A program made the position numbers and the translations under genes. This document shows, in pieces, positions 38,781 through 50,434 of a stretch of 64,000 nucleotides of DNA. Under the pieces are notes generated by a model. That model saw nothing but the letters and a program-made list of their open reading frames with translations. It did no database searches and was not told the DNA's origin. Within the stretch, counting starts at the first letter, position 1. Every line of letters begins with the position of its first letter. The DNA comes from Alphaproteobacteria bacterium (GTDB lineage Bacteria > Pseudomonadota > Alphaproteobacteria > SP197): positions 256,001-320,000 of the forward strand of contig OZ245842.1 of NCBI GenBank assembly GCA_965228895.1. The letters are read 5' to 3'.

Positions 38781-40433
38781 CTACCCTTCCTTAGGTGCCA
38801 GTTCGGCGCACAGGCGTTTAAGCTGCTCGGAGGCGTCGTTCTGGTCGAGCATGACCTCGATCAGGGCCGGCCGGTCGTCCAGGCCGAAGGCGGTTTGCAG
38901 GGCGGCTTCCAGCTCACCTTCGGTGCGCACCCTGACCCCCCAGCCGCCGCCGAACACCTCCGGCAGGCGATGGTTCTCCCAGCCCTGGATGTCGTTATAG
39001 GGGCCTTCGTGGATCAGTCTTTCGGCGGTATAGCCGTTGTTGTTCATCACGAAGATGATGGGGTTCAGGTTGTGGCGGATGATCGTGCTGAGCTCCTGCA
39101 CCGTCATCTGAAACGCGCCGTCGCCGATGAAACTCATGATCCGCCGGTTGGGCGCGGCAAGCTGGGCACCGAGCGTCGCGGGCAACGTGAAGCCGATCGA
39201 GAGATAGAAGGCCTGGCCCAGGAAACCGACATCGCGGTGCATGACCAGATCGGCCGCGCTGAACAGGGCATCGCCCGCGTCAGCAATGACGATGACATCG
39301 TCGCTGATCAGGTCGTTCATGCGCGAATAGAAACGCCTCACCGTGATGTCGGCGTCCGGTTTGACTGTGATCGCATGGTCGAGCGCATCGGACGCGGGGA
39401 TGAAGGGTCCGGATCTCAGCCCATTGTCGGGCATGCGTGCAGCAAGACCGCTGACGAGATCACCAAGCGCGACGGGCTCATAGAAGTGGTGGCGGATGCG
39501 CACGCGCCCGGAGTTGGCGTTCACCAGGCGGTCATCGTCGAGACGCGCGGTGTAGACGCCCAAATCCATCTCGCTCATCCAGGCGCCCAGGCACAGCAGG
39601 AGATCCGCGTCCTCGACGACGCTGCGCACCTCGGGCCGGCTCGCGACGCCCTCGTAGACTCCGACCGCCTGGGGATCGAGCTCGGAGATGACGGTCTTGC
39701 CGAGCAAGGTGGTGGCGACCGGCATGCCCGACTTGGCGACCAGTTCGTCGAACGCGTCGAGCAACTCATAGCGATGCAATTCGACGCCGGCCAGGATCAC
39801 AGGACGTTCGGCGGCGCTCAGCAGTTCCATGGCTTCGTCGGTCGCCTCGGCAAGGCTGGCCGGATCGCTTTCCGGCGCCGGCGGCGGCGTGAACGGGCCG
39901 GGCGCCCGGCACGGCAGATCGACCACATCGACCGGGATCTCGATCGAAACCGGCCGTTTCTGTGACAAGCACGCATGCAACACCGCGTCGATCTCGTCCG
40001 GCGCGGTTTCCGCGTCGCTCAGGTTGGCCGTCGCCACGGTGATGTGGCCGAACACGGCGTCCATGGTGGCGATGTCGCCGACGCTGTGATGCAGCAACAT
40101 GGCGGGATTGCGTAGATCGAGCCGCGGTCCGCCGGTAACGACGACCAGCGGTACCTGTTCCGCATAAGCGCCGGCAACCGCGTTGACCGCGCTGAAGCTG
40201 CCAACGCCATAGGTCACGCAAAGGGCGCCGATGCCATTCATACGGGCATAGGCGTCAGCCGCGTAGCCGGCGTTCAGCTCGTTGCACGTGCCGATCAGCT
40301 CAACGCCACCTTCCAGGATGCGGTCCATAAAGGTCAGCACATAATCGCCGGGCACACCGAAAACGTGGTCGATGCCCGCCTGCTTCAGGCGCTCGACGAG
40401 GTAGCGGCCGACTGTCATGGACGTGTCGTTCAT
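38781..40433 (-). CDS. TPP-dependent 2-oxoacid decarboxylase (Pdc/IpdC family)
   Basis: FGVPGDY, CNELNAGYAADAYAR, LLHH and GDGAFQM...NN motifs. Confidence 0.92.
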   Translation of the reverse strand: MNDTSMTVGRYLVERLKQAGIDHVFGVPGDYVLTFMDRILEGGVELIGTCNELNAGYAADAYARMNGIGALCVTYGVGSFSAVNAVAGAYAEQVPLVVVTGGPRLDLRNPAMLLHHSVGDIATMDAVFGHITVATANLSDAETAPDEIDAVLHACLSQKRPVSIEIPVDVVDLPCRAPGPFTPPPAPESDPASLAEATDEAMELLSAAERPVILAGVELHRYELLDAFDELVAKSGMPVATTLLGKTVISELDPQAVGVYEGVASRPEVRSVVEDADLLLCLGAWMSEMDLGVYTARLDDDRLVNANSGRVRIRHHFYEPVALGDLVSGLAARMPDNGLRSGPFIPASDALDHAITVKPDADITVRRFYSRMNDLISDDVIVIADAGDALFSAADLVMHRDVGFLGQAFYLSIGFTLPATLGAQLAAPNRRIMSFIGDGAFQMTVQELSTIIRHNLNPIIFVMNNNGYTAERLIHEGPYNDIQGWENHRLPEVFGGGWGVRVRTEGELEAALQTAFGLDDRPALIEVMLDQNDASEQLKRLCAELAPKEG

Positions 40434-40473
40434 CGTGACTCAACCCGTGTTGTGCCCACGCGTGGTTCGACCC

Positions 40474-42579
40474 TTAGGGCCCCTTCCGGCTCTTGCGCTT
40501 GCGACGGGGCTTGCGGTCATAGGCCGCCTGCGGGTTGTCCTTCAACCCGAGGTCGCTGGCTTCCAGGCGGCGGATCTCGTCGCGTAGCCTTGCGGCTTCC
40601 TCGAACTCCAGATCGGCGGCGGCGGTGCGCATCTGGGTCTCCAGTTCGGCCAGCACGGTCTTCAGGTCCTTGCCTTCCAGCTCCGCGGCACCGGCGACAC
40701 CGGTATCGACCGTGACGTAGTCGGCCTCGTAGACGCCCTGCATGATGTCGCCGATTTCCTTGCGGATCGATTCCGGCGTGATGCCGTGTTCGGTGTTCCA
40801 CGCTTCCTGTTTCTCGCGCCTGCGGTTGGTCTCGCCGATTGCCTTTTCCAAGGACTCCGTCATGTGGTCGGCATAGAGGATGACGCGGCCTTCGACGTTG
40901 CGCGCGGCGCGGCCGATGGTCTGGACCAGCGAGGTCTCCGACCGCAGGAAACCCTCCTTGTCCGCGTCCAGGATGGCGACCAGCGCGCATTCGGGAATGT
41001 CGAGGCCCTCGCGTAACAGGTTGATGCCGATCAGGACATCGAAGACGCCCAGGCGCAGGTCGCGGATAATCTCGATGCGCTCCAGCGTGTCGATATCCGA
41101 ATGCAGATAACGCACGCGAATGCCGGCTTCGTGCAGGTATTCGGTCAGGGCTTCGGCCATGCGTTTGGTGAGCGTCGTCACCAGCACCCGCTGGCCCTTG
41201 GCGGCGACCGCCTTGGCCTCGCCGATCAGATCGTCGACCTGGGTCGACGCGGGGCGGATGATGCACGGCGGGTCGATCAGGCCGGTCGGGCGAATAACCT
41301 GTTCGACGAAAACGCCACCGGTGCGCTGCATCTCCCACTTGCCGGGCGTCGCCGAGACATAGACGGTCTGCGGCCGCATGGCGTTCCATTCCTCGAACTT
41401 CAGCGGCCGGTTGTCGACGCAGCTCGGCAGACGGAAACCAAATTCGGACAGAGTCGATTTGCGGTTGAAGTCGCCGCGGAACATGCCGCCGACCTGGGGC
41501 ACGGCGACGTGGCTTTCGTCGACGAACAGCAGCGCGTTGTCGGGCAGGTATTCCATCAGGGTTGGCGGCGGTTCGCCCGGTGCGCGTCCGGTCAGATAGC
41601 GCGAGTAGTTCTCGATGCCCGCACACGATCCCGTCGCTTCCAGCATCTCCATGTCGAAGGTCGTGCGCTGCTCCAGGCGCTCGGCTTCCAGGAACTTGCC
41701 CTCGTCGCGGAACAGGGCGACCCGCTCCTTCATCTCCGCCTTGATCGACTTGATCGCCTGGTGGAGCGTCGGTTTGGGCGTCACGTAATGGCTGTTGGGA
41801 TAGATCGCGATGCGCGGCAGGCTCGCCATCTTCTCGCCGGTCAGGGGATCGAACTCGACGATTTCCTCGATCTCGTCGCCGAAGAAACCGATACGCCAGG
41901 CCCGGTCTTCCAGATGGGAGGCGAAGATTTCGACGCTGTCGCCGCGCACCCGGAAGGCGCCGCGCGCGAAGTTGCCGTCGTTGCGCCGGTACTGCAGTTC
42001 GACGAACTGCTTCAGCAGCGCATTGCGCTCGATGGCGAGGCCCGGCTCCAGGCTGATCGACATCTGGGCATAGGTCTCGACATCGCCGATGCCGTAGATG
42101 CAGGAGACGCTGGCGACGATCACGGTGTCGTCACGCTCCAGGATCGCCCGGGTCGCGGCGTGGCGCATCCGGTCGATCTGTTCGTTGATCGACGATTCCT
42201 TCTCGATATAGGTGTCGGAGCGCGGGACGTAGGCTTCCGGCTGGTAGTAGTCGTAGTAGGAGACGAAGTACTCTGCCGCGTTGTCGGCAAACAGGCTCTT
42301 CATCTCGCCGTAGAGCTGGGCAGCCAGCGTCTTGTTGGGCGCCAGGATCAGCGCCGGGCGCCCGGTCTTCTGGATCACCTGGGCCATGGTGAAGGTCTTG
42401 CCCGAGCCCGTCACGCCCAGCAGCACCTGGTCGCGCTCGCCGCGCGCCAGGCCCTCGACCAGTTCCTCGATGGCATTCGGCTGATCGCCGGCCGGCACGA
42501 AGTCGGTCGTCAGCGAAAATGGTGACGGCTCAACGGGTGCCGTGGGGTCGTTGCGGCGGTCGAGATGGGCAATGGTCAT
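40474..42579 (-). CDS. uvrB: Excinuclease ABC subunit B
   Basis: [26 protein letters not shown] and QTIGRAARN motifs. Confidence 0.98.
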   Translation of the reverse strand: MTIAHLDRRNDPTAPVEPSPFSLTTDFVPAGDQPNAIEELVEGLARGERDQVLLGVTGSGKTFTMAQVIQKTGRPALILAPNKTLAAQLYGEMKSLFADNAAEYFVSYYDYYQPEAYVPRSDTYIEKESSINEQIDRMRHAATRAILERDDTVIVASVSCIYGIGDVETYAQMSISLEPGLAIERNALLKQFVELQYRRNDGNFARGAFRVRGDSVEIFASHLEDRAWRIGFFGDEIEEIVEFDPLTGEKMASLPRIAIYPNSHYVTPKPTLHQAIKSIKAEMKERVALFRDEGKFLEAERLEQRTTFDMEMLEATGSCAGIENYSRYLTGRAPGEPPPTLMEYLPDNALLFVDESHVAVPQVGGMFRGDFNRKSTLSEFGFRLPSCVDNRPLKFEEWNAMRPQTVYVSATPGKWEMQRTGGVFVEQVIRPTGLIDPPCIIRPASTQVDDLIGEAKAVAAKGQRVLVTTLTKRMAEALTEYLHEAGIRVRYLHSDIDTLERIEIIRDLRLGVFDVLIGINLLREGLDIPECALVAILDADKEGFLRSETSLVQTIGRAARNVEGRVILYADHMTESLEKAIGETNRRREKQEAWNTEHGITPESIRKEIGDIMQGVYEADYVTVDTGVAGAAELEGKDLKTVLAELETQMRTAAADLEFEEAARLRDEIRRLEASDLGLKDNPQAAYDRKPRRKRKSRKGP

Positions 42580-42746
42580 GGGGCTTAAGATAGGCGCGCC
42601 GAGGGGTCGGGACCAGGGGTGTTACGAAGCAGTGATTGGTCCTGACATTTTGTGCCCGGAACAGCCTTCTCTTTCATAGACAACGGGGCCAATGCCGGGG
42701 CAGGTTCCGCATCCTGATTCGGGTCCGGCTGGAGGCTGGGAACGCC

Positions 42747-43907
42747 ATGGATTTTGCCCTGACTGACGAGCAGCGGATGATCGTCGACACCGTCCGACGG
42801 TTCGTCGACGAGGAACTCGTGCCCCATGAGGACGAGGTCGAGCGCGACAACGCGGTTCGGCCCGAACTGATCGACCAGATCAAGGCCAAGGCGATCGAGA
42901 CCGGGCTTTATGCCGCCAACATGCCGGAGGAGTTCGGCGGCGGCGGGCTTGACGCGCTGACCGTGGCGCTGATGGAAAAGGAACTGGGGCGCACAAGTTT
43001 CGCCCTGCAGTACATCGTCGCCAGGCCCAGCAACATCCTGCGCGCCTGCACCGGCGATCAGGTCGAGCGTTATCTCAAGGCGACCATCCGCGGCGAGCGC
43101 ACGGAATGCCTGGCGCTGACCGAACCGAACGCCGGGTCGGACCTGCGCTCCATGCAGACGCGGGCCGAGCGCGACGGCGAGCACTTCGTCGTCAACGGCA
43201 GCAAACACTTCATCAGCTACGCGGACGTTGCGGATTACGCGATCCTGTTCGCGGTCACCGGCACCGAGGAGACGGCCAAGGGCACGAGGAAGAAGATCAC
43301 CAGCTTCATGGTCGACAAGGGCACGCCCGGCTATGAGGTCACGACCGGCTCCAACAGCGTATCACACCGGGGCTTCCACCACTGCGTGCTCTCGTTCGAC
43401 GACTGCCGGCTCCACGAAAGCCAGATGCTGGGCGAGGAGCACAAGGGTTTCGATGTCGCCAACAAATGGCTCGGCGCGACACGCCTGACCGTCGCCGCCC
43501 AATGCCTGGGCCGGGCCGAGCGGGTGCTGGATATGGCGGCAGAGTGGGCGGCCAGCCGCAAACAGTTCGGCCAGGCGATCGGCAAGTTCCAGGGCACGTC
43601 GTTCAAGCTGGCGGACATGGCGACCGAACTGGAAGCCGCCGAGCTTCTGGTCATGAAGGCCGCCTGGAAGGAAGCCAACGGCGAGGTGCGCGACCAGGAT
43701 TTCGCCATGGCGAAAGTCGCGGCGACCGAGATGCTCGGCCGCGTCACCGACCACGCCGTCCAGATCTTCGGCGGCATGGGCCTGATGGAGGAACTGCCGA
43801 TCGAGCGTTTCTGGCGCGATGCCCGGGTCGAACGCATTTGGGACGGGACCAGCGAGATCCAGCGCCATATCATCTCGCGCGCACTGCTCAGGCCCTACGA
43901 AAACTGA
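42747..43907 (+). CDS. Acyl-CoA dehydrogenase
   Basis: [22 protein letters not shown] and [10 protein letters not shown] motifs. Confidence 0.95.
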   Translation: MDFALTDEQRMIVDTVRRFVDEELVPHEDEVERDNAVRPELIDQIKAKAIETGLYAANMPEEFGGGGLDALTVALMEKELGRTSFALQYIVARPSNILRACTGDQVERYLKATIRGERTECLALTEPNAGSDLRSMQTRAERDGEHFVVNGSKHFISYADVADYAILFAVTGTEETAKGTRKKITSFMVDKGTPGYEVTTGSNSVSHRGFHHCVLSFDDCRLHESQMLGEEHKGFDVANKWLGATRLTVAAQCLGRAERVLDMAAEWAASRKQFGQAIGKFQGTSFKLADMATELEAAELLVMKAAWKEANGEVRDQDFAMAKVAATEMLGRVTDHAVQIFGGMGLMEELPIERFWRDARVERIWDGTSEIQRHIISRALLRPYEN

Positions 43908-43924
43908 ACATTGAGGAGAAGACC

Positions 43925-44710
43925 ATGAGCGACTTCGTCAAGATCCACAAAACCGGACCGATTTGGGAGTTGACGTTCGACCGTCCCAAGGCCAACGCGA
44001 TCAGCGCCGAAGCAAGCCGGGAGCTCTCGGCGGCCTTTGTTGCCTTCCGCGACGATAACGAGGCGCGGGTCGCGATCCTGACCGGCGGCGGCCAGAAGTT
44101 CTTCTCGGCCGGCTGGGATCTGAAGGCCGCGGCATCAGGCGAAGGTCTTGACGACGATCAGGGCGAGGGCGGTTTTGCCGGCCTGACGGAACTGTGGTCG
44201 CTCGACAAACCGGTGATCGCAGCGGTCAACGGTTATGCAGCCGGCGGCGGATTCGAGCTGGCGCTGGCCGCCGACATGATCGTCGCCGCCGACCACGCGC
44301 TCTTCATGCTGCCGGAGGCGACGCTCGGAATCATCGCCGATGGTGGCGGTTTCATCCGCCTGCCGCGCCGCATCCCGCGCGCCATCGCCAACGAGATGCT
44401 GATGACCGGCCGGCGCATGGATGCCGAGGAGGCTCTGCGCTGGGGTCTGGTCAACCGTGTCGTGCCGCAGGCTGAGCTGATGGCCGCGGCCCGCGAACTG
44501 GCGCAGCAGGTTTGCCAGTGCGCGCCGTTGTCACTGCGCGGTACCAAGGCCTCGATCAACGCGATCGAAGCCATGACCGTCGAGGACGCCTATGCCCACA
44601 TCCGCGCCGGCAAGGTCGAAGCCTACAACGCGATCTTCACCTCCGAGGACTCGAAGGAGGGACCGCTGGCCTTCTCCGAGGGCCGCGACCCCGTCTGGAA
44701 GGGGCGTTAG
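43925..44710 (+). CDS. Crotonase-family enoyl-CoA hydratase (carnitinyl-CoA dehydratase CaiD-like)
   Basis: [19 protein letters not shown] and GGGFELALA motifs; ATG with GAGGAG RBS. Confidence 0.88.
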   Translation: MSDFVKIHKTGPIWELTFDRPKANAISAEASRELSAAFVAFRDDNEARVAILTGGGQKFFSAGWDLKAAASGEGLDDDQGEGGFAGLTELWSLDKPVIAAVNGYAAGGGFELALAADMIVAADHALFMLPEATLGIIADGGGFIRLPRRIPRAIANEMLMTGRRMDAEEALRWGLVNRVVPQAELMAAARELAQQVCQCAPLSLRGTKASINAIEAMTVEDAYAHIRAGKVEAYNAIFTSEDSKEGPLAFSEGRDPVWKGR

Positions 44711-44721
44711 CAACACGAACT

Positions 44722-44845
44722 CCCCTCACCCAGCTTCGGCTAAGGCGCTGACGCGCCCAAGCCTACGCATCCCTCTCCCTCAAGGGGCGAGGGAAACAGC
44801 GCTGGGCTCCCTCTCCCCGTCGAGGGAGAGGGCCGGGGTGAGGGG
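44722..44845. repeat. REP-like palindromic element, CCCCTCACCC family, copy A
   Basis: Termini CCCCTCACCC / GGGTGAGGGG; internal CCCTCTCCC..GGGAGAGGG hairpins. Confidence 0.8.
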
Positions 44846-44917
44846 GCTTTGCGCTTGCGCTGTACCGTTGCCGGTGCGAGAACCGGCGACGGCTCTTTTC
44901 CTGCTTTGAGGACCTGA

Positions 44918-46123
<1,206 letters not shown>

Positions 46124-46201
46124 TCGTCATAGGGTGTGATTTGAGCCCTAGCAAAAGTACGCCATCTAGGCGGGACACCCTAGATAACGTAAGGTATTGG
46201 G

Positions 46202-47197
46202 ATGCTGATTAAGCTGAAACGCGGCTGGGAACTGCCAGAATCCGCTGCAACGCCTGAATCCGTCTATATGGACCGGCGCACGCTGGCCAAGGCGATTGCC
46301 GCCGGACCAATCATTGCCGGCGCCGCGTCGTTGCCTTTGTCAGGCGCAGAGGCGGCGGTTCTGGACGATGTTCAGGCGCAGATCGCCGACGATCCGACGG
46401 CCGATCTCTACCCCGCGCCGCGCAACGAGATGTACGACGCCGGTCGGCCGATCACCGACGAGGAGATCAACTCGACCTACAACAACTTCTACGAGTTCGG
46501 CAGCCACAAGCAGATCTGGCAGCGCGTCGACGACTTTCAGCGCCGGCCCTGGGCGATCACCTTTGACGGGCTGGTCGAGGAAGAAAGGACCGTCGATATC
46601 GATACCCTGATCCGCGCCATGTCTCTGGAAGAGCGCGTTTACCGCCATCGCTGCGTCGAGGCCTGGTCCATGGTGGTGCCGTGGACCGGCTTTCCCATGA
46701 AGGATCTGGTGGCCTATGCGCGTCCGCTGGGCTCGGCCAAGTACGTGGTCATGCAGACCTTCCACGACCCCGACGTCGCGCCGGGCCAGAAGCAGTCCTG
46801 GTATCCCTGGCCCTATACCGAGGGCGTGACCATCGAGGAGGCGGAGAACGAGTTGTCCTTCATGGTGACCGGCGCTTACGGCAAGCCGATGGCCAACCAG
46901 TTCGGCGCGCCGATCCGCCTGCATCTGCCCTGGAAGTACGGCTTCAAGTCGGTCAAGTCGATCGTGCGGGTGAGTTTCACCGAGGAACGTCCGGTGACGT
47001 TCTGGCAGGAGCTCATCGAGGACGAGTATGGCTTCTGGGCCAATGTGAACCCGGAGGTCGACCATCCGCGCTGGAGCCAGGCAAGCGAGCGTGTGCTGGG
47101 CACGGATGAGCGCATCGATACGCAACTGCACAACGGTTACGCGATGCATGTCGCCCACCTGTACGAAGGCTTGGAAGACGAACCGCTCTATATGTAG
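46202..47197 (+). CDS. msrP: Protein-methionine-sulfoxide reductase catalytic subunit
   Basis: Tat RR signal; YNNFYEFG, RCVEAWSM and PWKYGFKS motifs. Confidence 0.95.
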   Translation: MLIKLKRGWELPESAATPESVYMDRRTLAKAIAAGPIIAGAASLPLSGAEAAVLDDVQAQIADDPTADLYPAPRNEMYDAGRPITDEEINSTYNNFYEFGSHKQIWQRVDDFQRRPWAITFDGLVEEERTVDIDTLIRAMSLEERVYRHRCVEAWSMVVPWTGFPMKDLVAYARPLGSAKYVVMQTFHDPDVAPGQKQSWYPWPYTEGVTIEEAENELSFMVTGAYGKPMANQFGAPIRLHLPWKYGFKSVKSIVRVSFTEERPVTFWQELIEDEYGFWANVNPEVDHPRWSQASERVLGTDERIDTQLHNGYAMHVAHLYEGLEDEPLYM

Positions 47198-47222
47198 GTG
47201 GTGTCCTGTTCGTTAGTGCGAA

Positions 47223-47303
47223 CCGTTGCCAGCCCGCGCCCCCTCCCGGCCACCCATGGCAGCATCCTCGGGGTGGCCGGGAGGGGGTGCGGGCTGGCGG
47301 TGG
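47223..47303. repeat. Long GC-rich inverted repeat after msrP
   Basis: ~30-bp stem GCCAGCCCGCGCCCCCTCCCGGCCACCC / GGGTGGCCGGGAGGGGGTGCGGGCTGGC. Confidence 0.7.
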
Positions 47304-47312
47304 CAGCTAAAC

Positions 47313-47477
47313 AAAAAAAGGCCCGGATCCGAGGATCCGGGCCAGTTTATTAAGGGAGGCTTCACGTCTGGGAGACGTCGGGACCTCAAGAGATCCCGTC
47401 CAGGCAAAACCTGGAATGACACGCTTTCGATCGGGGGGCATCCGTCTCGAAGGGCAGAGAACACTCCGCCTGTGTCA
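47313..47477 (-). ncRNA. AbcR/alpha-r15-like sRNA, copy 2
   Basis: Own promoter TTGTGC-N17-TACATT, UCCC loop, CCUCCC tract, Rho-independent terminator; paralog of 47576-47750. Confidence 0.72.
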
Positions 47478-47575
47478 GGGGTAAATGTAGGAAGCGATGA
47501 TGCACCGCACAATGAACAGATGGGCAACCCAGCCATGCGCAAAGAGTGCGGCTGACGTCATCATGCGGTCATAAG

Positions 47576-47750
47576 AAAAACGGGCCGGATTTTGCAATCC
47601 GGCCCGAGGGTCGTTAGGGAGGCTTCACGTCTGGGAGACGCCGGGATCTCTATGGATCCCGTCCAGGTAAAACCTGGAATGACACGCTTTATCGATCGGG
47701 GGGCATCCGTCGATCCAACTGCCGCCTTGGGCGCCAGTCTGACCGTGTCA
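47576..47750 (-). ncRNA. AbcR/alpha-r15-like sRNA, copy 1
   Basis: Directly downstream of lsrB/vtlR; promoter TTGGCA-N18-TAAATT; same hairpins with compensatory changes; terminator. Confidence 0.75.
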
Positions 47751-47796
47751 CCAATTAATTTAGTAATCGGTTATGCAATGTGCCAATTACGGTTAA

Positions 47797-47822
47797 GCAA
47801 CCCAGATATGCAAAAATTGCAT
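47797..47822. promoter_or_regulatory. LysR (LsrB/VtlR) binding-site candidate
   Basis: GCAACCCAGATATGC, repeated as GCAACCCAGCCATGC at 47524-47538, plus the palindrome ATGC-N7-GCAT. Confidence 0.6.
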
Positions 47823-47850
47823 GACAAGTTAACATATTGATTTGTAAGCA

Positions 47851-48741
47851 CTAAAACTGACTTGTCGCAACCTTTTCGAGCAGAAAGTCGCGAAATGCCG
47901 TGATGCGCTTCGAATTGCGCTGTTCTTCGGGATAGACGAAGTAAGCCTCGGCGGTCGGCAGCGGGGCGTCCACCTCGATCCGCACCTTGCGGTCCGATCC
48001 TTCCAGAACATAGTCGGGCAGGATGGCGATGCCCAGACCGCTTTCGACCGCACGTCGCATGCCCAGCATGCTGTTGACGGTCAAAGCCGGCCGGCGCTGC
48101 GGGCGACCGTTGCCGTACGAATGCGGCAGCCAGTCCGGGTTGACGACACCGGCCAGCGGCCCGTGGTCATAGACGATCAGCCGGTGTTTCTCGAGATCCT
48201 GGAGCGTGCGCGGCCGGCCCCATTCCTTCAGGTAGCTGGGCGCCGCATAGAAGTGGAAGTGGATGGTTTTCAGGTGGCGCAGGATCAGGTCGGGTTGCTG
48301 AGGCCGGGACATGCGGATGGCCACGTCGGCCTCGCGCATCGAAAGATCCAGCTCGCCGTCCTCGACCCGGATGCTGATCGAGATCTCCGGATAGCGGTCC
48401 ATGAACTCGACAATGCGCGGCAACAGCCAGATGGTCGAAAAGCCGGTCGTCGCGGTCACCGTCAAATGCCCGTCCGGCCGGTCCTTGCTGTCTGACAGGC
48501 GCGCCTCGGCCATGGCGATGCGCGCGAACACCTCACGCGCGGTGCGATAGAGCAGTTCGCCTTGCTCGGTGACGATCAGACCCCGCGCATGACGATGGAA
48601 CAGCGTCACCTGGAGGTTCTCCTCCAATGCGCTGATCTGCCGGCTGACCGCCGACTGGCTGAGGTTCAACTGCTCGCCGGCTTTCGTAAAGCTGCCGGCT
48701 TCGGCCACGTGATAGAACACACGCAGCTTGTCCCAATCCAT
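47851..48741 (-). CDS. LysR-family regulator (LsrB/VtlR orthologue)
   Basis: MDWDKLRVF..AEAGSFT..LSQSAVSRQI and DLSMREADVAIR motifs; downstream of trxB. Confidence 0.92.
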   Translation of the reverse strand: MDWDKLRVFYHVAEAGSFTKAGEQLNLSQSAVSRQISALEENLQVTLFHRHARGLIVTEQGELLYRTAREVFARIAMAEARLSDSKDRPDGHLTVTATTGFSTIWLLPRIVEFMDRYPEISISIRVEDGELDLSMREADVAIRMSRPQQPDLILRHLKTIHFHFYAAPSYLKEWGRPRTLQDLEKHRLIVYDHGPLAGVVNPDWLPHSYGNGRPQRRPALTVNSMLGMRRAVESGLGIAILPDYVLEGSDRKVRIEVDAPLPTAEAYFVYPEEQRNSKRITAFRDFLLEKVATSQF

Positions 48742-48796
48742 ATCCGCTACCGCCTCATGCCCCTGGCGGGGCCGTCAGACGTCCGTTGGTGGACGT

Positions 48797-49765
48797 CTAT
48801 TCGGCCGCCACCTGCTCGGCGCTTTCCAGCGCCGCTATGAACTTTTCGGCCTCCAGGGCCGCCATGCAACCGGTTCCCGCCGCCGTCACTGCCTGGCGAT
48901 AGATCTTATCCTGAACGTCGCCAGCGGCATAAACACCGGGAATGTTGGTCGCCGTGCTGTCGGCCGCGGTAATCAGATAGCCCTCCGCGTCCATATCCAG
49001 CACGCCCTTGAACATCTCCGTATTCGGGCTGTGACCGATCGCGATGAAGACACCGTCGAGCGCGATGTCACGCGTGTCGCCCGACTTCACATTGCGTACG
49101 CGAATGCCGGTCACCCCGAACGGATCTTCTTCGCCCAGCACCTCGTCGAGCACCGTATCCCACAGGATTTCGACCTTGGGATGGCGGAACAAACGGTCCT
49201 GAAGGATCTTTTCGGCGCGCAGTTCGTCGCGGCGGTGGAGCAACGTCACCTTGGACGCGTGATTGGTAAGATAGAGAGCTTCTTCCACAGCCGTGTTACC
49301 GCCGCCGACCACCGCGACTTCCTTGTCACGGAAGAAGAAGCCGTCACATGTCGCGCAAGCCGAGACGCCGAAACCCTGGAACCGGGTTTCGCTGTCCAGA
49401 CCGAGCCATTTCGCCTGGGCGCCGGTCGAGACGATGACGGCGTCGCCGGTATAGGTATCTCCGGAGTCACCGGTCGCCTTGAACGGCCGGGTCGTGAAGT
49501 CGACGGCGGTCACGATGTCATGGATCAGTTTCGTGCCGACATGAGCGGCCTGTTCGGTCATCTGCTCCATCAGCCAGGGACCCTGGATGACGTCGGCGAA
49601 ACCGGGATAGTTTTCCACATCTGTCGTGATCGTCATCTGGCCGCCGGGCTGGATGCCGTGGACCAACAAGGGCTCAAGTCCCGCGCGCGCGGCATAGATC
49701 GCAGCGGTCAAGCCGGCCGGGCCCGAGCCCAGGATCAAGACCTTGGCGTGATGGGTTTCAGCCAT
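48797..49765 (-). CDS. trxB: Thioredoxin reductase
   Basis: GSGPAG, CATCDG and GGGNTAVEEA motifs. Confidence 0.98.
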   Translation of the reverse strand: MAETHHAKVLILGSGPAGLTAAIYAARAGLEPLLVHGIQPGGQMTITTDVENYPGFADVIQGPWLMEQMTEQAAHVGTKLIHDIVTAVDFTTRPFKATGDSGDTYTGDAVIVSTGAQAKWLGLDSETRFQGFGVSACATCDGFFFRDKEVAVVGGGNTAVEEALYLTNHASKVTLLHRRDELRAEKILQDRLFRHPKVEILWDTVLDEVLGEEDPFGVTGIRVRNVKSGDTRDIALDGVFIAIGHSPNTEMFKGVLDMDAEGYLITAADSTATNIPGVYAAGDVQDKIYRQAVTAAGTGCMAALEAEKFIAALESAEQVAAE

Positions 49766-49867
49766 CTGCGATATCCTCCGATCGGCGCCTTCAATGTCGG
49801 ACCTTATGTAGACGTTTGTCCCCTTCGGTAAAAGGGGACAGCCTCAAAAAGGGTGGCAGTGCCTCCA

Positions 49868-50005
49868 TAGATGGGATCGAGCCGCAAACGATCCACAGCG
49901 TGGTTCAATCGGCGTACGTAAAACCGATCTGAATCAACCAGGTAGAACCAATTCACCCGTATTGATGTCACCACATTGCGATTCGACCAGTTTGCGGTCT
50001 TTTCT
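49868..50005. repeat. Heavily degenerate copy of the double-hairpin repeat
   Basis: Colinear similarity to copy 1 (agatgggatcg...gtggttcaatc...attcaccc...gcgattc) with broken stems. Confidence 0.5.
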
Positions 50006-50098
50006 GGCACCACAAGGTGCTCCCACCTTTGCGACCTTGCCCTTGGCGACCCGAATGATGATGCTAGACTCATGAAAGTAGAAACCTTTGAGCGCCCG

Positions 50099-50428
50099 AT
50101 GTCCGAGAGAACCGCAAAGTTCCACATTGGCGACATCGTTCACCACCGCGTGTTCCCGTTTCGCGGCGTGATCTTCGATGTCGACCCGGTGTTCGCCAAC
50201 ACCGAGGAATGGTGGTTGTCGATTCCCGAAGACGTCAGGCCGTCCAAGGACCAGCCCTACTATCATCTGTTGGCCGAAAACGAGCAGACCAGCTACGTCG
50301 CCTACGTGTCGGAGCAGAACCTGGTGCTCGACGACAGCCAGGCGCCGGTTTCCCACCCCCAGGTCAACGACATCTTCGCGGGCATCGTGAACGGCCGTTA
50401 CGTGCCGCGCCATAACGCGGCGAACTGA
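50099..50428 (+). CDS. hspQ: Heat shock protein HspQ (YccV)
   Basis: AKFHIGDIVHH..FRGVIFDVDP, QPYYHLLAE and YVSEQNL motifs. Confidence 0.93.
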   Translation: MSERTAKFHIGDIVHHRVFPFRGVIFDVDPVFANTEEWWLSIPEDVRPSKDQPYYHLLAENEQTSYVAYVSEQNLVLDDSQAPVSHPQVNDIFAGIVNGRYVPRHNAAN

Positions 50429-50434
50429 CCCCCT

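Noticed and set aside
42580-42746. LexA box upstream of uvrB
   Set aside because: No GTTC-N7-GTTC or GAAC-N7-GAAC found by eye.
47313-47750. Tandem repeat read as a CRISPR array or as protein-coding
   Set aside because: Only two long units, each with its own promoter and terminator; no spacers, no cas genes and no credible ORF.
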